Shown here: positions 29,213 to 38,086 of the stretch, piece by piece
How positions within the stretch are numbered: the first letter of the stretch is position 1
Layout of the letters: each line of letters opens with the position of its first letter
Origin: a virus
Taxonomy: Duplodnaviria > Caudoviricetes
Strand: one strand, 5' to 3'
Length of the DNA: 64,000 nt
Virus record (IMG/VR): IMGVR_UViG_3300015607_004925
Location: 120,916 to 184,915 of that record
The notes under the pieces: generated by a model
What the model was told of the DNA's origin: nothing
Databases searched by the model: none
The model's input: only the letters and a program-made list of their open reading frames with translations
Program-made: the position numbers and the translations under genes

Positions 29213-30249
29213 AGCTCACCGCGGACAGTGGCAGTAACTACGCACACCTCCTACAGGACCTGCGTCTGGGCTTCGATGACGACGTCGACGTCTCGATCAT
29301 CGACGTCCACCGTTCCAAATCCCAACAGCTACCCATCGTCGCGGCCGAGCGCGAGGACTGGAACACGTCCGTGGCATGGTACGCGTTCAACTACTACAAC
29401 CACTACACGGCGTACCGCTTCGCGCGACCCATCCCGGCGACGCTGCTCTGGCCAATCAGCGAGGTCCTCGGCAAGAAGCACAACTCCGGGCACGAGGTGG
29501 GCTGCCCGCTGCCTGACATCACGAACTTCGCGAAGGACTACTGGAACCGTCGCCCGCTCGACGGCTTCGCGTGCTTCGCCGGCGGCTGGCACATGGCGAC
29601 GACGCTGCGCTACCTCGAGGCGGTGTCGAAGATCGACCAGAAGGCCCTGTTCGACGTCATCATGGACGCGACCCACTACGGCAAGGTCGACACCATCGAC
29701 GGCAACGCGGTCGACTTTGACGTGATGTGCCGCGCGATCGGCATCCCGATGTACGGGACGCACGGCAAGTACGTCGACATGGCGGCAAACAAGATCCTCG
29801 CCTCCATCCGCGTGGACTGGTTCGGCGTCGAGACGGACTTGCGGCCGTGTGCGGTCGAGGTGACCACACGGCCAGGGATGCTCCTGCCGCGGTCGTCAGG
29901 GGCGGGTGAGATCTACGTCGAGCCGCGCGACACGCGCCTGGGTGACGTGCTCGGCGACGAGCGCCAGCTCCGCTGGTCCGAGGACACGAAGTACAACCTG
30001 CGCATGTTGAACTTCGTGCCGGTCAGCATGTTCCGGTACTTCTCGCGGGAGCAGGAAGAGTACGTGACGCGGCGCCAGCGCCTCGAGGCGGCGCCGTGGC
30101 GCGTCAGCCCCGCGTACAACCCGACCACGCTCGACGCGACACGGTTCCGGTTCGTCGTGCCGAACCCCCTCGACGCGGCGCTGTTCGTGAAGTGGTGGCT
30201 CGAGGCAGCCATCCCGTGCGCGGAGGCGCTGCTCGGACGGCCGGTGTAG
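29209..30249 (+). CDS. Hypothetical protein (346 aa)
   Basis: GGAGG RBS, ATGA overlap, codon bias. Confidence 0.7.
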   Translation: MKLTADSGSNYAHLLQDLRLGFDDDVDVSIIDVHRSKSQQLPIVAAEREDWNTSVAWYAFNYYNHYTAYRFARPIPATLLWPISEVLGKKHNSGHEVGCPLPDITNFAKDYWNRRPLDGFACFAGGWHMATTLRYLEAVSKIDQKALFDVIMDATHYGKVDTIDGNAVDFDVMCRAIGIPMYGTHGKYVDMAANKILASIRVDWFGVETDLRPCAVEVTTRPGMLLPRSSGAGEIYVEPRDTRLGDVLGDERQLRWSEDTKYNLRMLNFVPVSMFRYFSREQEEYVTRRQRLEAAPWRVSPAYNPTTLDATRFRFVVPNPLDAALFVKWWLEAAIPCAEALLGRPV

Positions 30250-30251
30250 TC

Positions 30252-30623
30252 GTGCGGGTCAGCCGCACGTGGTTGCGCGCGCACTGCCGCCTCGTCCTCC
30301 GCAACGAGGACGAGGACACGCCGTACGCGGGCCACTTCGACCACCCCGAGGCGATCGCGTGGATCCGTGACCAGATCGCGCGCGGCAACAGGTGGGCGTG
30401 GTGCCAGGTCGAGGTCCGGGTCGACTTCAAGGGCCTCTCGTCGACGCAGTACCTCGGCGCCTGCTCGTACGAGTCGGAGGAGGCGTTCCGGCGCTGCGAC
30501 TACTTCGAGCAGCTCGTGAGCGACGGCGTCGAGGAGATCGCCAAGGCGCTCGAGACCCTGGCCCTCGAGCACGGCCTGTGGGAGCACGACCCCGTCTCGT
30601 GTGTCTGGTGCGCCGTCGCATGA
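30252..30623 (+). CDS. Hypothetical phage protein with CVWC tail
   Basis: WAWCQVEV...YLGACSY...DPVSCVWC. Confidence 0.6.
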   Translation: MRVSRTWLRAHCRLVLRNEDEDTPYAGHFDHPEAIAWIRDQIARGNRWAWCQVEVRVDFKGLSSTQYLGACSYESEEAFRRCDYFEQLVSDGVEEIAKALETLALEHGLWEHDPVSCVWCAVA

Positions 30624-31003
30624 ACCGCTGGAAGTTCGAGGAGCTGCACCATGGCTACAACAGCCCGGCGGGCCGCCTGGTCCATCGCGTGGGCGTGCGC
30701 CCCTACTCGGTCTGCGGGATACTGATCCCGTCGGACCGGCTCGACGACGACCCCAACCTGCAGGTCACCTGCGTCCAGTGCTATCTCGATCCTCATCGCG
30801 CCCCAACTCTGCCGGCAACCGCCGTCGGAGCTTCTCCGACGGCGGTCTCTTCGCCGACGAGCAAGGCGTCATCCACATCCGGATCCCCCACGCTCACCGG
30901 GGCAACCGCAAGACCACGTCGTACCGGGCCAGCTTCGTCTCGCTCCACTGCGAGCGGGGCGGCGTCGGCGTCGGCGAGGTCACGGTGGTCCCGACGCGCC
31001 TGA
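30620..31003 (+). CDS. HC3-like finger family member 7 (tail overlaps member 8)
   Basis: GRLVH...SVCG...QVTCVQC. Confidence 0.6.
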   Translation: MNRWKFEELHHGYNSPAGRLVHRVGVRPYSVCGILIPSDRLDDDPNLQVTCVQCYLDPHRAPTLPATAVGASPTAVSSPTSKASSTSGSPTLTGATARPRRTGPASSRSTASGAASASARSRWSRRA

Positions 31004-31059
31004 GCGCGTTCCCGACGTGCGTGCGATGCCTCGCCATGGAGCTTGACCATGACCCCTGA
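30778..31059 (+). CDS. HC3-like finger family member 8
   Basis: DEQGVIH...LHC...FPTCVRC. Confidence 0.65.
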   Translation: MLSRSSSRPNSAGNRRRSFSDGGLFADEQGVIHIRIPHAHRGNRKTTSYRASFVSLHCERGGVGVGEVTVVPTRLSAFPTCVRCLAMELDHDP

Positions 31060-31306
31060 AGAAGCTGCTGTGCGCGCGCGGCGCGGCGCCACGACGCGCT
31101 ACAAGCCCGTGTACAAGGGCGTGGTACACGACCCGGGTCGCACGGTGCCCTACGGGGGCGTGACGACCGCGTGCCAGTACACGTCCGGGACGTGGCTCGC
31201 CGGCAGTGCGTTTCAGCTCGCCGCCAGCGATGCCATCACGACATGTGTGCTGTGTCTGTGTGCGAAGCTGGAAGATCGTGGCGTGTGGCCTCCGCCGAGT
31301 CGTTGA
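31049..31306 (+). CDS. HC3-like finger family member 9
   Basis: KGVVH...TAC...ITTCVLC. Confidence 0.7.
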   Translation: MTPEEAAVRARRGATTRYKPVYKGVVHDPGRTVPYGGVTTACQYTSGTWLAGSAFQLAASDAITTCVLCLCAKLEDRGVWPPPSR

Positions 31307-31483
31307 CCCGGAAGACCGGCGCATCGATCGCCTCGATCAGCCAGCGCTCCGCGTCTTCGCGTCGACCCGCCGCCAGGGCGAGCGAAGCCATCCACGTGAG
31401 CGCCTTCGGGCACCGCGTGGCGGAGAACATGGAGTGCTTGCACGGGGGCGTCACGGGGTCCTCGGGCGACGTTTTGGAGGCGA

Positions 31484-31498
31484 GATTATCGGGTAAAC
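31484..31498. promoter_or_regulatory. Degenerate palindromic element
   Basis: GATTAT CGG GTAAAC in a gap within the finger array. Confidence 0.45.
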
Positions 31499-31578
31499 CT
31501 TGCATGCAGGAGCCGCATGGCCATCGTGCATGACCCGGACCTGTCCGTCAACTCTTTGTACGACACGGGAGGTAGCGT

Positions 31579-31779
31579 ATGCGGCCACATCCGCTAGGCG
31601 GCGATGGGAAGACGGGGGTCGTCCACTACGACTCCCTCGCCAAGCACACGTACATCTGGCCCCTGTGCGGCACCCCGCACCTCGACCTCTACCGCGTCTC
31701 TCCGTCGAAGATGGTGACGTGTGTCGCGTGCCTCAGCTGCGCCATGACGTACGGCTGGGACGTCAATGTCCTCCGCTGA
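31579..31779 (+). CDS. HC3-like finger family member 10
   Basis: GGGAGG RBS; TGVVH...PLCG...MVTCVAC. Confidence 0.72.
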   Translation: MRPHPLGGDGKTGVVHYDSLAKHTYIWPLCGTPHLDLYRVSPSKMVTCVACLSCAMTYGWDVNVLR

Positions 31780-31954
31780 GTACGCGTACGGCATTCAGCC
31801 GGAGACCAGGCTCGTGCACGCGTTCGAGCGCACCCCGGGTGGCTGGATGGCGTGGTGCGGGATGTGGCTCGTGATCACGTGGGCCCGGTGGGACCGGGCA
31901 CCCGACGACGCGACGCCAACGTGCTTGGGCTGCGCGATGCGCCGACCGCCTTGA
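31766..31954 (+). CDS. HC3-like finger family member 11
   Basis: RLVH...AWCG...TPTCLGC. Confidence 0.7.
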   Translation: MSSAEYAYGIQPETRLVHAFERTPGGWMAWCGMWLVITWARWDRAPDDATPTCLGCAMRRPP

Positions 31955-31961
31955 AACGGCA

Positions 31962-31986
31962 AGGGCCCGCTTTCGAGGCGGGCCCT
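31962..31986. terminator. GC-rich hairpin between convergent CDS and tRNA
   Basis: AGGGCCCGC-TTTCGAG-GCGGGCCCT. Confidence 0.6.
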
Positions 31987-31992
31987 GGGTCG

Positions 31993-32067
31993 TAGCGGGG
32001 GCCGGATTTGAACCGAGCGACCTTCGCGGTATGAGCGCGACGAGCTACCAGGCTGCTCTACCCCGCA
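31993..32067 (-). tRNA. tRNA-Met(CAT), initiator-like, CCA not encoded
   Basis: TGCGGGGTAGAGCAGCCTGGTAGCTCGTCGCGCTCATACCGCGAAGGTCGCTCGGTTCAAATCCGGCCCCCGCTA; cloverleaf close to bacterial tRNA-fMet, U1xU72 mismatch. Confidence 0.9.
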
Positions 32068-32087
32068 GTGAGGAAGGATCAATACCC

Positions 32088-32315
32088 ATGGCCGAGGCGA
32101 AAATCAAGCTCTTCGTCGCCGAGGACGGGGTCATACACTGGGCCTACCCCATGCTTGGCAAGCTGACGGTCTGCGGCCTGCTCGCGACCGAGGGGCGCGA
32201 CGCGGTCAACAGCGCGCCGACCTGCCTCCGCTGCGTGGCGATGGTCCAGGTGGGTCTCGAGGGCGACCTGACGGCGTGGCGGGTCAACGGCGACCCGACG
32301 AGGAAGCTCGGATGA
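32088..32315 (+). CDS. HC3-like finger family member 12
   Basis: EDGVIH...TVCG...APTCLRC. Confidence 0.72.
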   Translation: MAEAKIKLFVAEDGVIHWAYPMLGKLTVCGLLATEGRDAVNSAPTCLRCVAMVQVGLEGDLTAWRVNGDPTRKLG

Positions 32316-32500
32316 GGCGCCCCGTGTACCGCGGTAGCGACACACTGCTGCACGGCACCTTGTGCCCGCCGGGTGGACGCCTCCAGATCGCGTGCGAGGC
32401 GCGCGGCCGCCGCGACTTCATCGTCGAGGCCGACCCGGCGCCGGCGGGCACCCAGGTCACCTGCGTGCCGTGCATCGCCGCGCTGATGGCAGGACGCTGA
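32312..32500 (+). CDS. HC3-like finger family member 13
   Basis: DTLLH...IAC...QVTCVPC. Confidence 0.68.
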   Translation: MRRPVYRGSDTLLHGTLCPPGGRLQIACEARGRRDFIVEADPAPAGTQVTCVPCIAALMAGR

Positions 32501-32706
32501 TGCCCCTCCACACAACCGGGGCCATCGACGACCACGAGGTCGTACACGTCATCATCCAGGCCGAGAACAACGAGCGCTTCGGCAAGCTCAGCTGCGGTGC
32601 CACCTACACCGCCGAAGCGCGCCTCGGTCACGTCGGCCATCTCTACGTACGAACCACGCGACACATGCCCACGTGCGTCGCTTGCATCGCGAGGCAGTTC
32701 CGATGA
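32500..32706 (+). CDS. HC3-like finger family member 14
   Basis: HEVVH...LSCG...MPTCVAC. Confidence 0.7.
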   Translation: MPLHTTGAIDDHEVVHVIIQAENNERFGKLSCGATYTAEARLGHVGHLYVRTTRHMPTCVACIARQFR

Positions 32707-33239
32707 GCTACCAAGTCTTCCGAGTGCACCGCGGCAGCGTGCTGCACATCATCCACGAGACGCTGACGGGCTACAACCGCACCCACGGGGTCTACGTCCT
32801 CTGCAACGCCGTGCCGTACAGTGGCACGCGTGAGCGGGGCGGCGCGACATGTCCGAAGTGCCTGACGATCGACAACCCGATGAACCTGTCCGACGCCGAG
32901 CGCAGCCTGATCGCAACCTTCGCGACGTCGGAGAGCCGCGGGCTGCGGTGGGGCGGCCAGCCGATCACGTCCCTCCACAAGAAGGACCTCATCGACAAGG
33001 ACGAGAAGCTCACGCGCCGCGGCGCGATCTTGGCCGCGGACTGGACCATGGGTCCCGCCCCCGCCGCCGACGGCGACGGCATCGTGCACGCACGCGACCC
33101 GCTGCGCCCGTGGCCGCGCTGCGCCCCCGGCACCGTCCTCGACGGCTTCGAGACCATGACGGTCGACCGGTATGCACGGGTGCGCGCGCTCGACCTGCAC
33201 GTGACGTGCGTCGCCTGCGTGCTGCTGAGGCGCCAATGA
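32703..33239 (+). CDS. HC3-like member 15: finger / winged-helix-like / finger
   Basis: VLH...VLC...ATCPKC; SLHKKDLID...KLTRRG; DGIVH...PRC...VTCVAC. Confidence 0.68.
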   Translation: MSYQVFRVHRGSVLHIIHETLTGYNRTHGVYVLCNAVPYSGTRERGGATCPKCLTIDNPMNLSDAERSLIATFATSESRGLRWGGQPITSLHKKDLIDKDEKLTRRGAILAADWTMGPAPAADGDGIVHARDPLRPWPRCAPGTVLDGFETMTVDRYARVRALDLHVTCVACVLLRRQ

Positions 33240-33517
33240 AGGGCCGCGTGCTCTACCGTCCGGGCCCCAACAGCGAACCGCGCACGATCGACACGGATCA
33301 CGGCGAACGATATCGAACCCTGTCGAACGTGCGTTGGCGCGGCGAGGACGGACGCGTGCACCAGGCCTCGAAGCACCACAACCGAACGCTATGCGAGATG
33401 GGCTCGAACGACTTCACCGAGCTGTTCCACGTGCCCGTCGTCGAGCCCACGTGCGATCGCGTCGACTGCGTCGAGTGCATCAGATACGTGACATGGCCCG
33501 AGTATCCCATCGACTAG
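33236..33517 (+). CDS. HC3-like finger family member 16
   Basis: WRGEDGRVH...TLC...VDCVEC. Confidence 0.68.
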   Translation: MKGRVLYRPGPNSEPRTIDTDHGERYRTLSNVRWRGEDGRVHQASKHHNRTLCEMGSNDFTELFHVPVVEPTCDRVDCVECIRYVTWPEYPID

Positions 33518-33675
33518 ACACGAAGCGGTGGACCGACCGCGGCGGCGTGGTCCATCGCGTCTGGGTCGCGCGCACGACGTGCGGCATCCGGCTCTATCGC
33601 CACCACCGCACCGATGGGCTACCGCTCACGTGCGTGTTCTGCATCAGAGGGAGGCAAGGCCCATGGACGAGTTGA
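33493..33675 (+). CDS. HC3-like finger family member 17
   Basis: WTDRGGVVH...TTCG...PLTCVFC. Confidence 0.68.
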   Translation: MARVSHRLDTKRWTDRGGVVHRVWVARTTCGIRLYRHHRTDGLPLTCVFCIRGRQGPWTS

Positions 33676-34280
33676 TCATCAGCGCGGACCGCGACGACAG
33701 CACGCCTGGGGTCTATAGATACAAGCAGGAGACCGTCAACGGCGGTCAGCACCGGACCGAACGATGGCACATCCCACGGGAGTTCGAGCCGAGTCGCCCG
33801 CTCTGCGGTGCCCGCCTCGCCGGGCAGTTCAAGCGCACGAAGGGCATGCCGAACTGCGGGTCGTGCCTGACCCTCGTGTCGCTCGAGCGGGTCTACCCCT
33901 ACTACTACTACCCCGTGCTGCGCGCGTTGTACTTGACGCAGCCCATCCCGCCCTACGCCGTGAAGCACGCCGACCACGCCACGCTATACGAGGCCGACCT
34001 CGTCAGCGACAAGAACGGACACATGACCCTCACCACGCGTGGCAAGATCGTCGCGCGCGACATCGTCACCCCCGTCGGCTGGTATGACGCCACCACGCGG
34101 CTCTACCACGCGCGCCGTGCGTTGGCGCTGGAGACGCTCTGTGGCTTCCGATGCGGCTACCAGACCACATCGCTCAAGGAGTTCGAGCGGCTGCACGCCG
34201 ACGCGCGCAAGCACGGCCGCACGACCATCACCTGCGTGCGCTGCGTCGCGACCCCGGGGTACCGTGCCGACGTGGACTGA
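33663..34280 (+). CDS. HC3-like member 18: finger / winged-helix-like / finger
   Basis: RWH...PLCG...MPNCGSC; TLYEADLVS...TLTTRG; RLYH...TLCG...TITCVRC. Confidence 0.68.
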   Translation: MDELIISADRDDSTPGVYRYKQETVNGGQHRTERWHIPREFEPSRPLCGARLAGQFKRTKGMPNCGSCLTLVSLERVYPYYYYPVLRALYLTQPIPPYAVKHADHATLYEADLVSDKNGHMTLTTRGKIVARDIVTPVGWYDATTRLYHARRALALETLCGFRCGYQTTSLKEFERLHADARKHGRTTITCVRCVATPGYRADVD

Positions 34281-34545
34281 CACCGACGGCGTCACGCACG
34301 CGTCGGTCGAGTCGTCGCTGCTGACCACGGCGTGCGGGCTCGCGTACGAGTCGAGCACCTGGCCCGCCGTGTTCGACGAGCCCGATCGAACCATCACCTG
34401 CGTGTGGTGCGTCCTCAAGCGCCCGCGCGGCTTCGCGGAGGCCCTCGTCCTTGCCTACAACCAGAAGCCCTATGACAAGCCCGAGAAGCCTGCGGATGAA
34501 AAACGGGGTCGTGCACCGCCTCGAAGACGTCGGCGATCGCCATGA
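34264..34545 (+). CDS. HC3-like finger family member 19
   Basis: WTDTDGVTH...TACG...TITCVWC. Confidence 0.7.
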   Translation: MPTWTDTDGVTHASVESSLLTTACGLAYESSTWPAVFDEPDRTITCVWCVLKRPRGFAEALVLAYNQKPYDKPEKPADEKRGRAPPRRRRRSP

Positions 34546-34678
34546 GTGGACGGTGTGTCGCCGCCACATGACACGGTCGGGCGACCTCGACCACTTCCCG
34601 AAACGGCGCTCGAACGACGCCGTGACCTGTGTGTTCTGCCTGGCGGGCGTGCGCTGGAGGGACTACCCGTATTCTTAG
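34472..34678 (+). CDS. HC3-like finger family member 20
   Basis: NGVVH...TVC...AVTCVFC. Confidence 0.68.
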   Translation: MTSPRSLRMKNGVVHRLEDVGDRHEWTVCRRHMTRSGDLDHFPKRRSNDAVTCVFCLAGVRWRDYPYS

Positions 34679-34724
34679 CGGGCGTCGACGACGCGGTATA
34701 AGGATGTGTAGGGATCAACAAGAC

Positions 34725-34739
34725 GTTTATCCCATAAAC
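34725..34739. promoter_or_regulatory. Palindromic operator/promoter element (perfect)
   Basis: GTTTAT CCC ATAAAC upstream of AAAGGA RBS; degenerate copy at 34705-34719. Confidence 0.72.
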
Positions 34740-34757
34740 CATTGAAAGGAACCGCTG

Positions 34758-35489
34758 ATGCAGATTCCCCAGAACGTCATCAACATGCTGAGCGCCAAGG
34801 GCAAGGGCTACGTCGAGGCCGCGCTGAAGATCGCGCAGGGGCAGAAGCTCATCGAGGAGGGCACGCTCGAGATCGCCGCGCTCGACGGCAAGCAGCTCAA
34901 GACCAAGGCGCACCTGCATGCGGGCGGCGTCGACGTCATGGCCACGGTGCGCGACCTGACCAAGCCCAAGGACATGGCGGCCGTGATCCGGGCGCAGCTC
35001 CAGGACGGTCCCAAGAGCACGGTCGCGCTGGCAGCCGCGATCGGGCGCTCGGTCAAGCGCACCCGCGTCCTCGTCGAGAGGATGATCGACGTGACCAACG
35101 TCGGCTCCGGCAAGCGGATGCGCTGGGCCCTCGGCACGCTCGTGGCGACGAGCCAGCTCACGAAGCGTTCGACGCTGCTGAACAAGACGACGCGACGGCC
35201 GTCTCCCAAGGCGGCGTCGCCGCGACGCAGCAAGACCGCGGCGCAGAACATCGACCTCCGCCGCCCCAACACCAAGGCGGAAGCGGCCAACCAGGCGCTG
35301 GTCCTGAAGGCGCTCGAGACGACGCCGGGCCAGACGATCGGCCCGCTGATGCGGGCGACCAAGCGCAGCTTCTACCCGGTCGTGCGCGCCATCATGGCCC
35401 TGGTCAAGGCGGGCAAGCTGCGCAAGGTGGTGACGCCCGACAAACACAACCGGGCGCAGACGTCGTGGGAGATCGTCCGTGGGGCGTAG
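34758..35489 (+). CDS. Basic winged-helix DNA-binding protein
   Basis: IRAQLQDGPKSTVALAAAIGRS; second wHTH-like segment VLKALETTPGQTI...LVKAGKL. Confidence 0.6.
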   Translation: MQIPQNVINMLSAKGKGYVEAALKIAQGQKLIEEGTLEIAALDGKQLKTKAHLHAGGVDVMATVRDLTKPKDMAAVIRAQLQDGPKSTVALAAAIGRSVKRTRVLVERMIDVTNVGSGKRMRWALGTLVATSQLTKRSTLLNKTTRRPSPKAASPRRSKTAAQNIDLRRPNTKAEAANQALVLKALETTPGQTIGPLMRATKRSFYPVVRAIMALVKAGKLRKVVTPDKHNRAQTSWEIVRGA

Positions 35490-36153
35490 CACCCGCACCG
35501 GCCTTCCCTTCACCCGCGCCTACCCGGGCGAGTCCCCGGACAAGCGCGCCGCGCGGCTGTTCCTCTACAAGCTGGGCGCCCAGGCACCTCGCCTGGGTCA
35601 CGCCATCACCTTGGCCGGCACCGAACCGCAAGCCGAGGTCGACCTGATGCGCGACTACCTCAAGTGGCCAGGCGCCAAGACCTGGTTCGTGGACTGGGCC
35701 AAGAACCCGGAGACCCGCACGCAGGTGCTCGCCGCACTCACCGCCATCAAGACGGCATGGCCCGAGGCCAACGTCGTCCGGGGCGACATCAACGAGGTGC
35801 TGGCGGAGATCCCCCTGGTTGGCTTTGCCAACCTCGACTTCATGGGCTTCGACCGCCGTAGCGTGATGCCGTGCATCAAGACGACCATCACGCGCTTGGC
35901 GCCCGGCGGCGTCATGGCGGTCACGTGGTTCCGTGGTCGAGAGGTCGACGCGCCCCATCGGTCGGCGTGGGACGTGCTCGAGGCCGCGCGCGACGTCCCG
36001 ACCGCGGCCGACCGGCGATGGGCGGGCGTCCTGCGGCTCGTCGAACGCTGGGGCCGGGAAGCGCGATGCGGGCTCGAGCTGGTCGGGGCGCTCGAGTACC
36101 AACACAAGAACGCCCCGATGTCCGTAACCGCCTGGAGGCGATCATGGCTGTGA
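35479..36153 (+). CDS. Class I SAM-dependent methyltransferase-like protein
   Basis: WFVD, VVRGDI, FANLDF, RLAPGGVMAVT. Confidence 0.55.
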   Translation: MGRSTRTGLPFTRAYPGESPDKRAARLFLYKLGAQAPRLGHAITLAGTEPQAEVDLMRDYLKWPGAKTWFVDWAKNPETRTQVLAALTAIKTAWPEANVVRGDINEVLAEIPLVGFANLDFMGFDRRSVMPCIKTTITRLAPGGVMAVTWFRGREVDAPHRSAWDVLEAARDVPTAADRRWAGVLRLVERWGREARCGLELVGALEYQHKNAPMSVTAWRRSWL

Positions 36154-36350
36154 CGTTCAAGACCCACGAGACCGCGGAGGGCAACACGCAGGACGTGGTC
36201 ATCCGGGTGTCGCGCATCGACAACGGGTTCATCATCAAGGCGGGTGGTCCGCCTCGGCACGTGGCGGGCGTCCATGATCTGTGCCGCGAGGTGAACGACC
36301 TCCTCGAGACGTTCGCGCGCGAGGCAGCGCCGGCAAAGAGGACGAAGTGA
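36144..36350 (+). CDS. Hypothetical protein
   Basis: GGAGG RBS; RVSRIDNGFII. Confidence 0.6.
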   Translation: MAVTFKTHETAEGNTQDVVIRVSRIDNGFIIKAGGPPRHVAGVHDLCREVNDLLETFAREAAPAKRTK

Positions 36351-36526
36351 AACGTCGCGACCGCGTGCTTCAAGAACGTGAGGCGCGCCCGTTCACGACG
36401 CGCGTCGCGCGGCATGACGACGGAACGCCGCGCAACCGCAAGTTCAGCACGTGGGCGGGTCCCGCGGGGCGGGCAGGAAGGCGACGACGCCAGCGCCGCA
36501 AACAGCGGAAGCTGCAACACGTGTGA
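36347..36526 (+). CDS. Small Arg-rich protein
   Basis: GTGA overlap, GAGGA RBS. Confidence 0.5.
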   Translation: MKRRDRVLQEREARPFTTRVARHDDGTPRNRKFSTWAGPAGRAGRRRRQRRKQRKLQHV

Positions 36527-36560
36527 CAACCTCTTCATCGACATCGGACGCTGTGCCAAT

Positions 36561-36575
36561 GTCAGTAGGATAAAC
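36561..36575. promoter_or_regulatory. Half-conserved element abutting ATG
   Basis: GTCAGT AGG ATAAAC-ATGATG. Confidence 0.45.
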
Positions 36576-37517
36576 ATGATGACAAGCCAGAACGCGCAAG
36601 AGACGGCGCGACAGACCTTGGGCAAGGCGCTGCGCTTCTTCCGCGAGCAGCGCAAGCTCTCGCAGCGCGAGCTTGCGAACCGCGCGGGCTGTTCGCCCGG
36701 CGACATCGACGACTGGGAACGTGGCAAGAGCGCTCCGCCGGACCATCGGTGGGGGCGGCTCTGTAACATGCTCGACGACGACCTCGCCAGCATGCGTCCG
36801 GCGTGGCAACGCGCCCGCGCCGAGGAGGAGCGCGAGAAGGCGGCAAAGAAGGCCGCGGCTGCGCGCCCGCTGACCTCGAAGCCGTTCGCCAACCTACCGG
36901 CGCTCACGCTGGTGCCGGCGCCTGCCCCGCCGCCCGCACCTCCACCCGCGCCGCCGGTGCCCGCGACGCTCCACGACGACGGCTTCGACCTGCGCCCCGC
37001 CTACAAGGCCATGGCCAAGCTGCCCGAGGGCTGGCGCAGCGCCGAGGCGATCGCCGCGCGCAAGCAGTACGCGGTCGGGCTGATCAAGCGGGGGATGTCC
37101 AACGACGACATCTACAAAGAGGTCAAGCGCACGTTCGGGGTCGGCATCGGCACGTCGGTGCTGACCGAGCTACGCCTCGAGGTCCGCGAGGCGAAGGCGC
37201 GCGAGTTCCGCGCCGCGCGCGGCCTGCCCGAGCCCGAAGCTGCCCTCGAAGCCGCGCCCGAAGTCCCGGCCCCGGCGCCGGTGGAGGTCCCTGTGTCGAC
37301 GCCCACGCCCCCGAAGCCCGAGCCCACCCCCGCGCCGGCACTGCCGGCCTCGCCGCAGAACGACATCGAGGGCGCGGTCCGCCTCATCCTCGAGGCGCTG
37401 CCCAACCTCAAGACGTTCAAGATCGAGGTCGGCGACAACGGCGAGGTGACGGTCGACCACGTCATGCGCGAGGTGAAGGTGGTCGAGACCGCAGGTTCGT
37501 TGAGACTCAAGCGGTGA
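36576..37517 (+). CDS. XRE-family HTH regulator with Pro-rich linkers
   Basis: LRFFREQRKLSQRELANRAGCSPGDIDDWERGKSAP. Confidence 0.8.
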   Translation: MMTSQNAQETARQTLGKALRFFREQRKLSQRELANRAGCSPGDIDDWERGKSAPPDHRWGRLCNMLDDDLASMRPAWQRARAEEEREKAAKKAAAARPLTSKPFANLPALTLVPAPAPPPAPPPAPPVPATLHDDGFDLRPAYKAMAKLPEGWRSAEAIAARKQYAVGLIKRGMSNDDIYKEVKRTFGVGIGTSVLTELRLEVREAKAREFRAARGLPEPEAALEAAPEVPAPAPVEVPVSTPTPPKPEPTPAPALPASPQNDIEGAVRLILEALPNLKTFKIEVGDNGEVTVDHVMREVKVVETAGSLRLKR

Positions 37518-37741
37518 GCCACTACCCGCGCGGCGTGTACCTGGGGGTCGTGCACTACTGCGACAACAGCTGGCGGCCGAACAAGGACGCCGAAGGACGC
37601 TTCGTGCTCTTGCCGTGGTGCCTGCTCGACCTCGCCCGACATGACACCGCACGCGTCTCGTGCGCCAATCCGCCCCCGCGGAAGCGCGAGCCCGTGACCT
37701 GTCTCCTGTGCATGCGACTGCGGAGGATCCGAAGACCGTGA
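37514..37741 (+). CDS. HC3-like finger family member 21
   Basis: LGVVH...PWC...PVTCLLC. Confidence 0.68.
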   Translation: MSHYPRGVYLGVVHYCDNSWRPNKDAEGRFVLLPWCLLDLARHDTARVSCANPPPRKREPVTCLLCMRLRRIRRP

Positions 37742-37861
37742 TCGCGAGCCTCCGGGGAGCCCCCGACCCGGACACGTCGAGAGGGGATGCGGCGCACGGC
37801 GCACCGCCCCACGCCGAACCACATCCCCTCTCGACCGCTCGCCCTTGTTTTTTGAGGAGCC

Positions 37862-38086
37862 ATGGCCGAATACCTCGGTGGCTACATCCCGGGCTTCGTC
37901 GGCAGCGTACGCCTGCGCGGCGCCGTTGACGAAGCCATCGTGCACGCGATGTCGAAACGAAACCACCACCTCACGGTCTGCAACCGCGGGATCGACAAGC
38001 GCGACGACTGGCGCATGCAGGTCAATGGCCAGATGGAGACCGTGACGTGCCTACGCTGTTGGGTCGCCAAGGACCCGTTCCCGTGA
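37862..38086 (+). CDS. HC3-like finger family member 22
   Basis: GAGGAG RBS; AIVH...TVC...TVTCLRC. Confidence 0.72.
   Translation: MAEYLGGYIPGFVGSVRLRGAVDEAIVHAMSKRNHHLTVCNRGIDKRDDWRMQVNGQMETVTCLRCWVAKDPFP

Noticed and set aside
31993-32067. tRNA as a prophage att site
   Set aside because: No duplicated tRNA 3' end and no integrase; both flanks are the same phage gene array.
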